This document shows, in pieces, positions 1-8,094 of a DNA stretch of 64,000 bases. Below the pieces are notes generated by a model. It made no database searches. It was not told the origin of the DNA and saw only the letters and a list, made by a program, of their open reading frames with translations. Position numbers and translations under genes: made by a program. Each line of letters opens with the position of its first letter. The stretch's first letter is position 1. Source of the DNA: Candidatus Multivoradales bacterium (GTDB lineage: Bacteria; Acidobacteriota; Thermoanaerobaculia; Multivoradales; J023); contig CBDFLE010000005.1 of NCBI GenBank assembly GCA_965248925.1, positions 288,001 through 352,000 on the forward strand. The letters run 5' to 3'.

Positions 1-6
1 ATAACG

Positions 7-771
7 ATGCAAGCAGTAAAGCTTGTCTGGGAAGCGATCCTGGACTGCAAGTCCACTGATCCCCAGCTGGAGTACCACTCCAATCTCCCTCGATTCCTTA
101 GCGAATCTGGAGATGATGGCTTCCTAACGGAATGCTCACGCTCGCTTCAGAGACCGCCCTGGTTCGAGTGCGACATAACAAGAACAGTCCGGCCGTGCTA
201 CGACTATGACTTTGACCAATGGGCCGTATTTGAAGAAGAACTAATTAACGGCGGAATTGCTTTCTTTTTCTCAGCGGAATACAGCCCCATTGGCGGCAGC
301 AATCTTGCCGGACGATTCTCGAGAACCTATAGCAACAAGACAGTTAGACTTGCAACACATGAAGTCGACAACTACGAGGACGCACCATTCCTCACTGATG
401 AAACTGAGAAGCAGCGCTACGACGACCTAGACAAGGCATACTCCTTTGACGCACGAGTACAAGAGTTCACAGCCCGAATCTCGATCTTACCTTACATTTT
501 TGACACCAACGGCCTCTGCATCCCTGAAAATGGCGGAAGATGGGCTGAGACTCCCCTTCAGGCCGCCAAGTACATAGCAGCTCATGAGATGGGGCATTTC
601 GAGCATTATTTCGCTGAAAAGTTTCGAGAGTATGACGAGGATGCGTATCCCGTTTTTCAGCTCGTGGGCTTTGGCAAAGAAGAAGACGCATGGTCTTATG
701 CGTCTCTAGTTCTAAGGTGCAGCTCTGACACTAGGAAGCCCGCTATCCCGGATAGTTCACGACACGACTAA
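7..771 (+). CDS. Hypothetical HExxH (zincin-like) protein; frame is open to the window edge, so possibly the 3' end of a longer gene
   Basis: AAHEMGH motif followed by a downstream E-x-x-A-W (EEDAW); no in-frame stop between position 1 and ATG 7; more AT-rich than the core genes. Confidence 0.5.
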   Translation: MQAVKLVWEAILDCKSTDPQLEYHSNLPRFLSESGDDGFLTECSRSLQRPPWFECDITRTVRPCYDYDFDQWAVFEEELINGGIAFFFSAEYSPIGGSNLAGRFSRTYSNKTVRLATHEVDNYEDAPFLTDETEKQRYDDLDKAYSFDARVQEFTARISILPYIFDTNGLCIPENGGRWAETPLQAAKYIAAHEMGHFEHYFAEKFREYDEDAYPVFQLVGFGKEEDAWSYASLVLRCSSDTRKPAIPDSSRHD

Positions 772-814
772 AGAAGGGCCTGTAGTGGGCAATAACTCAA
801 TCCGGCCCATTCGG

Positions 815-1270
815 TCATGCCGCGACCAGTGAGTACTCATGGTGAAGGCCGCCAAGGACAGCCTTCGAGGCTACTTGACGTCCCTGCGATAGCCGCTTCC
901 GTTCAGTTTCAAAGTCCAAGCACCGGCTCGCGACCACTGGTATATTCGGGCCAAGACTCTCGTGCGGCCTTTGGTAGTTGTACAACCATGTACATCCCCA
1001 CAGCTCGTTGGGGAACCTATCGCCGGCTGAGTTTGCTGGTGCGATCCGCAAGCAAGAAATGAGAGTGTGCTAAGACTCTCATTGGCCGTGGTACAACCAT
1101 GGGGAGCACCTCACTGGCCGGCGCTTCTTGGACTTCCATGTCCGGTAGGCACGGAAGCCGAGCCGATGCCATCGGACGACCGTCTCGGGCTTCACCAGAA
1201 TCAGAGCATCACGCCATCTCGGCCAGAAACGGCGAAGAGCGACCCAGAAGAGTCGACCGAGCGTCGGCAT
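815..1270 (-). pseudogene. Fragmented integrase-core-domain transposase
   Basis: N-terminal piece WRDALILVKPETVVRWHR (1079-1270) and C-terminal piece YNYQRPHESLG...VLGGLHHEYSLVAA* (815-1051) lie in separate ORFs; the central DDE region is absent. Confidence 0.75.
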
Positions 1271-1749
1271 TCTGCGGCGCGGCTTCTGGCCCTGAAGAAC
1301 CGCGAGCTGTTGGCGAAGAGCGGCGTTCTCGAGGATCAGATCGGGATCGGAATAGGGAAGCGAGGGAAGCCAAGGAAGCTCGGATCATGGGCCGTGCCTA
1401 TTCCGACGAAACTGACCAGCCATTCCGATCGAAACCGACCACTTGTCGGAGCGAAGCGACGCTGGCGCTCTCCTCAGTTGTAAGTGTCCACTTTCGCTGT
1501 AGCTGGGGCCCTCCTTCCGGCTCTTCTTCTTGATTGATTGTATTCAAATAACCCGTCGTCGGGGCTGTGCGTAGCTGTGGGAAACGCAGGTTGGGGGGCA
1601 GGGGGGCGTTTTCCAAGCGGTTGTGGGAATCGCAGAGCGATTTCCACAACCGCGGCAGCTTCCACAGTCCATCTTGGGTCGGGTCCGGATCGGGCCGCAG
1701 GCCCGCTGATGGGTCAGGATCGGCGATCGCTTCAGCATGCTCTTGGATC

Positions 1750-2514
1750 TCACCTTGCCTCTCGCTGGGCGGCCTTGCGAATACCGCCGGCTCTCTTCGC
1801 CCGCATGGAGTCACCGTCCACCGCGAGCTTGTAGGCGCCGTGGACAGTGCGATCGAGGATGGCGTCGGCCAAGGTCGGATCGCCGATGACCTCGTACCAG
1901 CTCTCAACCGGTAGCTGGGAGGTCACCAGCGTGGAGCGGTTGCCGTAGCGGTCCTCAAGAATCTCGAGCAGGTCGCGCCGCTCGCTGGCCCCGATCGGCG
2001 CCAGCCCCCAGTCGTCGAGGATGAGCAGGTCTGTGCGAGCATAGCTCTTGAGCAGCTTCTCGTAGCTACCATCACCCCGCGCGATGGCGAGCTGGCGAAA
2101 CAGCCTCGGCACCCGCAGGTACAAAGCGGTGTAACCCTCCCGACATGCCTTGTGCGCGAAGGCGCAGGCGAGAAAGGTCTTGCCCACCCCGGCCTTGCCG
2201 GTGATCAGCACGTTGAGATGCTCGGCGATCCACTGGCACGAGGCCAGGCGCAGGATCTGGCCTTTGTCCAGGCCCCTCTTGGCTCGCCAGTCGATGTCTT
2301 CGATGGCCGCCTGCTCGCGCAGCTTGGCTTTTCGCAACCGCGCTATCAAGCGGCGGCTGGATCGCTCGGTCGCTTCGCGCTCGACCAGCAGCCCGAGGCG
2401 CTCTTCGAAGGAGAGCTCTGAGACATCGACCATCGACAGCTGCTCCTCAAAGGCTTTGGCCATACCGTGGAGCTTGAGCGCGGCGAGTTGATCGAGCGTC
2501 GCGTGCCTCAGCAT
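1750..2514 (-). CDS. istB: IS21 helper AAA+ ATPase IstB
   Basis: Walker A GKAGVGKT, Walker B LLILDDWG, ADAILDR motif; ATG at 2514 overlaps the istA stop. Confidence 0.95.
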   Translation of the reverse strand: MLRHATLDQLAALKLHGMAKAFEEQLSMVDVSELSFEERLGLLVEREATERSSRRLIARLRKAKLREQAAIEDIDWRAKRGLDKGQILRLASCQWIAEHLNVLITGKAGVGKTFLACAFAHKACREGYTALYLRVPRLFRQLAIARGDGSYEKLLKSYARTDLLILDDWGLAPIGASERRDLLEILEDRYGNRSTLVTSQLPVESWYEVIGDPTLADAILDRTVHGAYKLAVDGDSMRAKRAGGIRKAAQREAR

Positions 2515-4082
2515 GGCGGCGTCTCCTCGCGGCGCGCGGCACTGTAGTAGCTGGCGCCGCGGACGTTGCGGTGCTCGATCGGCGCCGTCACTTCGGTGGG
2601 CTCGGGCGCTGCTTGCTGGTCCAGGCCGCTCTTCAGGATCGACTTCACGCTCTTGTAGGACAGGCCGTGAATGGCGAGCGCGCGGCGGCACGCAGCCTCC
2701 AAACGATTGGCACCATAGGTCTTGCCCAGGCGCATCAGCCCCAGACACGAGCGAAAGCCGTGCTGAGGATGGGAGCGGTTAAGCATGATGGTCTCCACCA
2801 GTTCGGCCGTCGCCTGGCCTGTTTTCGCCGCCCAGCTGATCAGCCGTGTCGGTGTCCACTCCAGGTACGCCTGGTGCGCTTTGGGCATGTGCTCGCTCTG
2901 GGTCGTGTGCCGACCCCGACACCGATTGCGACGATGAGCAGCCACACGCTTGCCGCGATCGAGCACCTCCACCAGTTGCGCCGTCGCCCGCAGATCGAGC
3001 TGCTTCTTGATCAGCTGGTACGGCACACTGTAATAGTGGCCCTCGAACTCGACGTGGTAGTCCGGGGCAACGCGTACCTTCTTCCATTCGGCAAGCTCGT
3101 AGGGCTGGAGCGGCAAAGCACCCAGAGCAGGACGATCGACCTGCTCGAACAGCGCTCGGCGCGAGACGCCCAACACCTTCAGCGGACGGTCGTTAAGCTC
3201 GACCAGAAGCTTCGCGATGCTCTCGTTGAGCTCTCGCAGGCTGAAGAACTGCTGGTTACGCAGCCGGGCCAGAATCCAGCGCTCCACTTGCAATACACCG
3301 TTTTCGACCTTCGCCTTGTCTTGGGGCTTCCTCACCCGCGCCGGCACCACCGCCACGCCGTAGTGCTCGGCCAACTCCGCGTAGGTGCGATTGATCTCCG
3401 GCTCGTAGCGGCACGGGCTGGTCACGCCGCTCTTCAGATTGTCCGGCACCACCAGCTCGCTCACCCCGCCCAGAGCCGCGAAGGTCCGCACATGAGAGCC
3501 GATCCAGTCCTCCAGGCCCTGGCTCCACGTTGATTCGGCATAGGTGTAGTTGCTCGCCCCCAGCACCGCCACGAAGATCTGCGCTTCGCGCGCTTTGCCA
3601 GTCGCCGGGTCGATCACCCTCACGGTCTGTCCGGCATAGTCGACGAACAGCTTCTCGCCCGCCCGGTAGGCTTGGCGCAGGCACACATCCAGGCGCCCTT
3701 CCCAGATCCGGTACAGCTGACAGAAGCGGCTGAGACCGTAGCCGTCAGGATGGTCCTCCCGGTACTCCTGCCACAGCAGCGACAGGGTTACGCACTTCTT
3801 CTTCAGCTCGCCATGCACCTTGGTCCAGTCGGGCAAGGCTCGCTGACCACCCCTCCGAAGCGGCTGCGGCCGAGGGTACAGGCGTTGCTCCAGCTCAGCG
3901 TCGCTCAAAGCTGCTACTTGCTCCCAGCTCAGGCCTTCAACCTTGGCTCGCAGCAGGTAGTTGCACACCGTCCCGTGGCCCAGCCGAACCGACCGTCCGA
4001 TCTGGCGGTGCGACAGGCCATGCTGCCATTTCAGTCTCAGTACCTCGCGTATCTTGCGCATCGATGTCCTCACTCTCGGCAT
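2508..4082 (-). CDS. istA: IS21 transposase IstA
   Basis: N-terminal HTH; DDE motifs FVDYAG, VPDNLKSGV, DKAKVENGV; C-terminal YYSVP region. Confidence 0.95.
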   Translation of the reverse strand: MPRVRTSMRKIREVLRLKWQHGLSHRQIGRSVRLGHGTVCNYLLRAKVEGLSWEQVAALSDAELEQRLYPRPQPLRRGGQRALPDWTKVHGELKKKCVTLSLLWQEYREDHPDGYGLSRFCQLYRIWEGRLDVCLRQAYRAGEKLFVDYAGQTVRVIDPATGKAREAQIFVAVLGASNYTYAESTWSQGLEDWIGSHVRTFAALGGVSELVVPDNLKSGVTSPCRYEPEINRTYAELAEHYGVAVVPARVRKPQDKAKVENGVLQVERWILARLRNQQFFSLRELNESIAKLLVELNDRPLKVLGVSRRALFEQVDRPALGALPLQPYELAEWKKVRVAPDYHVEFEGHYYSVPYQLIKKQLDLRATAQLVEVLDRGKRVAAHRRNRCRGRHTTQSEHMPKAHQAYLEWTPTRLISWAAKTGQATAELVETIMLNRSHPQHGFRSCLGLMRLGKTYGANRLEAACRRALAIHGLSYKSVKSILKSGLDQQAAPEPTEVTAPIEHRNVRGASYYSAARREETPPC

Positions 4083-4399
4083 CCAATTCTCCTTTCAAGG
4101 AGGCTGGAATACCCCAATTGTGAGGAGCGCGCTACCGTCGAACTCCGCCGTGGCCAGGATTCCGATCCAATCTGACCACCCATTCCGATCGACCCGGAAA
4201 AGTGGTCACTTTCGATCGGAATCGATGGTCAGATTCCGTTGGAATCACTGGTCACTTTCAATCGGAATCGGTGGTCGGTTTCCGTCGGTGCAGGCAGGCC
4301 GATCATGCCCTGACGGGCTCCGTCAAGCAAGATGTATGCGTTCCGGCCTATGGGCTGTAAGTCGTTGAGAAAACAGGTCGGTATTTTATTGGCGAGGCA

Positions 4400-6415
4400 G
4401 TGCGCCAGGCCAAGCCTGGGTGAGGAGGACAAGATTTAGATCATTGAAACCTCACGACGTAACCCGGCAGGTGGGAATCCTGCCCAGCAAAGGTTGGCCA
4501 CCAGCTGGAAGCGAGTCTTGCGTGGTGCCGTAGCGATGCGGGCTGCGAAGCGTAGACAGCGAGTGCTCAGGCTGTGTGATGGAGCCCCGATATCAAATTG
4601 TTGTTGCGGCGGTCGACGTAATTGTCTCTGCGGAAGACAGGATCTCTCCACCGTCTTGGCCAGGTGGAAGAGGCGCTGCCGGGGTCGATGAGCAGGGCAT
4701 GAGCACACGAGGGTTACCCAGGAACCTGGGAGGCCCTGTCTTCTCCAGATCGAAACGCCGGTTGATGGGCACCGGGGAATCAACAGTCCAGGCCCGCGAG
4801 AGCTCGCGTTCGGCCCCTCGCGGGAGCGAATGAAAGGAACGCAATCTGGTACCGCCAAGCGAAGGCAACGAAGTGCGGCGGGATGGACGACAGGGAGTCA
4901 GAGTGCCTCATAGTACCGGTGAAGCCGGGGAACCCGCCCACGGGACCCGGTGGAGGGAAGGGGGCGCCGAATCACTGACCCGTTGGGGGGAAAGATGGCG
5001 AGAGCATCGGATCTCGGGAACATCTCAACGCGACTTCAGCGGATAGCAAAGCTGGCTCAGGAGGCACCGGATCGTGTGCTGACGAGCCTGGCCTACTACA
5101 TTGATGTCGACTTTCTGCGGGAAGCCTATCGGCGAACGCGGAAGGACGGTGCGGTGGGCGTGGATGGTCAGACGGCGTCGGACTATGCGGAGAATCTGGA
5201 GGAAAACCTCCGGTCTTTGCTAGAACGCTTCCGTTCGAGTAGTTACCGCGCACCGCCCGTGCGGCGTCACTACATTCCGAAAGGCGATGGGTCGAAGACC
5301 CGGTCGATCGGGATTCCCACCTTCGAGGACAAAGTCCTTCAGAGAGCCGTGGCGATGGTGCTGTCGGCGGTCTATGAGCAGGACTTCTTGGACTGCTCGT
5401 TTGGGTTTCGGCCCGGCCGCTCTGCGCATCAGGCGCTGGACGTTCTATGGAAGGGTCTGATGAATCAGGGTGGTGGCTGGGTTCTAGACATGGACATTCA
5501 GGGTTTCTTCGATGCCCTGGTGCCCGCACACCTTCGAGGTTTCTTGGACCAGAGGGTACGCGATGGAGTGCTACGGCGGGCGATCGACAAGTGGCTCAAG
5601 GCGGGTGTGATGGAGAAGGGGAGCGTGGTCCACTCGGATCGAGGCAGTCCACAAGGCGGGGTGATCTCACCGATTTTGGCCAACTTGTACCTGCACGAAG
5701 TGCTCGACAAGTGGTTCGAGGAGGTGGTCAAGCCTCGTCTCCGGGGTAGGGCGTTTCTGATCCGCTACGCCGATGACGCTCTGCTGGTCTTCACGGACGA
5801 GCAGGATGCGCGGCGAGTTCTGGCGGTTCTGCCGAAGCGGCTCGACCGTTTCGGTTTGACGCTCCATCCGGAGAAGACGCGCCTCGTCCGGTTCCAGCGT
5901 TCCCATCATCGAGCACGGCCCAAGGGAGGCGAGCGCCCGGAGACCTTTGATCTCCTGGGGTTCACCCACTTCTGGGGCCGATCTCGACGGGGAAACTGGG
6001 TGGTCAAGCGCAAGACAGCCAAGGATCGATTTCGTCGTGCGCTGAAGAGGATCTCGATGTGGTGTCGTCGGTATAGGCATGCGCCGGTCCCGTGGCAGCG
6101 AGCTCTGCTCGCACTCAAGCTGCGAGGCCACTATGCTTACTACGGCATCACAGGAAACTCGATAGCGCTGGCGCTCTTTGCCGACCGGGTCAAGATGATC
6201 TGGTTCAAGTGGCTCAACCGCCGATCTCAGAGGTCAGGTCTGACGCTGAGGAAGTTCCGTCAGGGGCTTCTGAAGCGCAACCCGCTTCCTGGGCCGGTGG
6301 CGGTCCACTCGGTGCTGCGCGTAGCGAAACTGTGATTCGAGGAGCCGGATGCGGTAGTCCCGCACGTCCGGATCTGTGGGAGCCCCGGGTGGGTAACCGC
6401 CCGGGGCCACCCGAT
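4400..6415 (+). mobile_element. Group II intron (ribozyme plus RT/maturase ORF)
   Basis: 5' GTGCG at 4400; domain V GAGCCGGATGCG..CGCACGTCCGGATC at about 6342-6374; domain VI ending ACCCGAT at 6415; candidate EBS1 TGTCTC (4623-4628) and EBS2 CCGATA (4587-4592) complementary to the 5' flank. Confidence 0.92.
4950..6335 (+). CDS. ltrA: Group II intron reverse transcriptase/maturase without an endonuclease domain (start may be the downstream ATG at 4995)
   Basis: [33 protein letters not shown] and FDLLGF motifs; thumb/X domain; no HNH motif at the C-terminus. Confidence 0.95.
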   Translation: MEGRGRRITDPLGGKMARASDLGNISTRLQRIAKLAQEAPDRVLTSLAYYIDVDFLREAYRRTRKDGAVGVDGQTASDYAENLEENLRSLLERFRSSSYRAPPVRRHYIPKGDGSKTRSIGIPTFEDKVLQRAVAMVLSAVYEQDFLDCSFGFRPGRSAHQALDVLWKGLMNQGGGWVLDMDIQGFFDALVPAHLRGFLDQRVRDGVLRRAIDKWLKAGVMEKGSVVHSDRGSPQGGVISPILANLYLHEVLDKWFEEVVKPRLRGRAFLIRYADDALLVFTDEQDARRVLAVLPKRLDRFGLTLHPEKTRLVRFQRSHHRARPKGGERPETFDLLGFTHFWGRSRRGNWVVKRKTAKDRFRRALKRISMWCRRYRHAPVPWQRALLALKLRGHYAYYGITGNSIALALFADRVKMIWFKWLNRRSQRSGLTLRKFRQGLLKRNPLPGPVAVHSVLRVAKL

Positions 6416-6546
6416 CAGCCAGCGCTCGGGCTCGGATTACACCGAATAGATACGTTCTTGCTCAGCCGCTAACATGGAAACCCAAAGCGTAGACTTTCTG
6501 CACGGGTCGCGAAGGATGTGACCGTCTCGTGCGACAACAGGAAACG

Positions 6547-7140
6547 ATGGAGCAAGAACTCAACTTCGAAGGGCGCGTCGAGGACCGAGCCCTGGTGCGC
6601 CGGATGTCCAACGGTGATCCATCCGCGTTCGATACCTTCGCCTACCGCTATTCACCGATGCTGATGCGCTACACGCAGGTTCATCTCTCGTCCTATCCAG
6701 AGGCAGTGACCGACGTGGTGCAGTCCACGCTGGTGGCAGCGATCGAGCGCATCGAAACCTACCGGGGTGAAGGTGCCTTGGGCGCCTGGATGATCGGCAT
6801 CTGCCGCTTTCAGATCGGTACCTACCAACGCCGTCGTAGAATGCGTAATAGACTCGCCGGTAACGCTCCTGAGAACTTCGATCGCCTCCAGTCGGAGGAG
6901 GAATCACCGGCTGCCGAATTCGAACGTCGGGAGCTGAAAGCCATGGTTCACAGCACCCTTGAGCTCCTGCCGCCGCCCTACGGCGATGTGTTGGAATGGA
7001 AATATCTTCAGGATCTGCCAGTGAAGGCAATCGCAAAGCGGCTCGAGGTGACACCGAAGGCGGCGGAATCGCTCCTCACCCGGGCTCGGGACGCGTTTCG
7101 CAAGTTTTTTGATTTATCCTCGACCCGCTCAGGAGCGTGA
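6547..7140 (+). CDS. ECF sigma-70 factor (FecI-like)
   Basis: Region 2 (DVVQSTLVAAIE..YRGE..LGAW) and region 4 (VKAIAKRLEVTPKAAESLLTRAR); stop overlaps the FecR-like gene. Confidence 0.88.
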   Translation: MEQELNFEGRVEDRALVRRMSNGDPSAFDTFAYRYSPMLMRYTQVHLSSYPEAVTDVVQSTLVAAIERIETYRGEGALGAWMIGICRFQIGTYQRRRRMRNRLAGNAPENFDRLQSEEESPAAEFERRELKAMVHSTLELLPPPYGDVLEWKYLQDLPVKAIAKRLEVTPKAAESLLTRARDAFRKFFDLSSTRSGA

Positions 7141-8087
7141 CGATGCAGAGATCCTCTGATCACCGAGGCGAGACCGATCCAGTAGTTGAAAAAATACGAG
7201 CTGCCGGGCCGAGGCCTCCGCTGCTGCCTTTCGACATTGAGGAGCTTGCTGCACCGGCACGCGCTGTCTGGCAGGAGAAGATCGCGAGTAAACGTCGGCG
7301 CTCGCGCCAACGCACCTATTGGGCGCTGGCGGCGGTTCTGTTGGTGGCTGTTGCCGCCGTCCTATACCGTTCCGCATCGGTGCCGGTATTCGCCACCGTG
7401 CGCGCCTATTCGGGCCCCGCCCCCGAGCGTTTCACCGTCGGCTCGCAGGTTGGCTTCGGCACGGTGTTGCGCACCGAGTCTGCGGAGTGGCTGGCGGTGT
7501 GGCTCGGGAGCCACAGTCTACGGCTGGATGCCGGCAGTGAGTTGCGCCTCGACGACGAGTCGCACATCGAGCTGCTGCGCGGCGCGATCTATCTCGAAGC
7601 GTCGCAGGCCCCGCTGAGGGTACGCGCTGGCGGCATCGACATCGAGCACATCGGTACTCGTTTCGAGGTCCGCTTAAGCGGCGGGGGTGTGGTCGTACGA
7701 GTGCGCGACGGTCGAGTGCGGTTCGGCGGAGAGCAGCAATGGACTGAGGTCGCACGTGGTCAGCAGGCGCTGGGCGCCGCCGCCGGCAGCTTCTCGGTCA
7801 GCGAAAGCCCGTCCACGGGCAATTCCTGGCAGTGGATTCGCAAAGCTGCTCCACCGTTCGAGAGTCACGGCGCCAGCCTCGAATCCGTGGTCACCTGGCT
7901 GGCGGGGGAAGCCGGCTGGGAGGTGGCTATCGAACCGGCGCTCTATCTCGATGCATCGGGTCAACCCACACAGGTGCGAGGCTCCATCGATCGACTGAGT
8001 CCCGAAGACGCGCTGAGCCGCGTGCTCGACGGCTCCGACCTGCGCCATCACTTCGACGGCGATCAAGTGATCATTGAAGAGAGATAA
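7137..8087 (+). CDS. FecR-family transmembrane anti-sigma/sensor
   Basis: Single TM segment (YWALAAVLLVAVAAVLY); FecR motifs LRLDAGSEL, LLRGAIY, IGTRFEV, VRDGRV. Confidence 0.88.
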   Translation: MTMQRSSDHRGETDPVVEKIRAAGPRPPLLPFDIEELAAPARAVWQEKIASKRRRSRQRTYWALAAVLLVAVAAVLYRSASVPVFATVRAYSGPAPERFTVGSQVGFGTVLRTESAEWLAVWLGSHSLRLDAGSELRLDDESHIELLRGAIYLEASQAPLRVRAGGIDIEHIGTRFEVRLSGGGVVVRVRDGRVRFGGEQQWTEVARGQQALGAAAGSFSVSESPSTGNSWQWIRKAAPPFESHGASLESVVTWLAGEAGWEVAIEPALYLDASGQPTQVRGSIDRLSPEDALSRVLDGSDLRHHFDGDQVIIEER

Positions 8088-8094
8088 GCCACAC

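Larger units (their letters stand above)
1395..4296 (-). mobile_element. Complete IS21-family insertion sequence (istA/istB)
   Basis: Terminal IRs TGCCTATTCCGACGAAACTGACC / TGCCTGCACCGACGGAAACCGACC; multiple subterminal GACCA..ATTCCG repeats (4159-4296); 5-bp target duplication GGCCG at 1390-1394 and 4297-4301. Confidence 0.95.
781..6417 (-). mobile_element. Integrase-core (rve, IS3/IS481-like) transposon remnant with TGT...ACA ends, interrupted by an IS21 and a group II intron
   Basis: Left end TGTAGTGGGCAATAACTCAATCCG at 781. The right end is restored only when the intron is removed (...CGGTATTTTATTGGCGAGGCA|CA; reverse complement TGTGCCTCGCCAATAAAATACCG). Transposase fragments lie between the ends. 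Confidence 0.65.

Noticed and set aside
1574-1670. DnaA-box-like TTCCACA words suggesting a replication origin
   Set aside because: Imperfect matches that form hairpin arms inside an IS; no AT-rich unwinding region
4159-4296. CRISPR-like short repeats
   Set aside because: Nearly abutting degenerate repeats at an IS21 end with no unique spacers; these are transposase-binding repeats
4950-6335. RT as part of a DGR, retron or defence system
   Set aside because: It lies within canonical group II intron boundaries with domains V and VI; no TR/VR pair or accessory genes were seen
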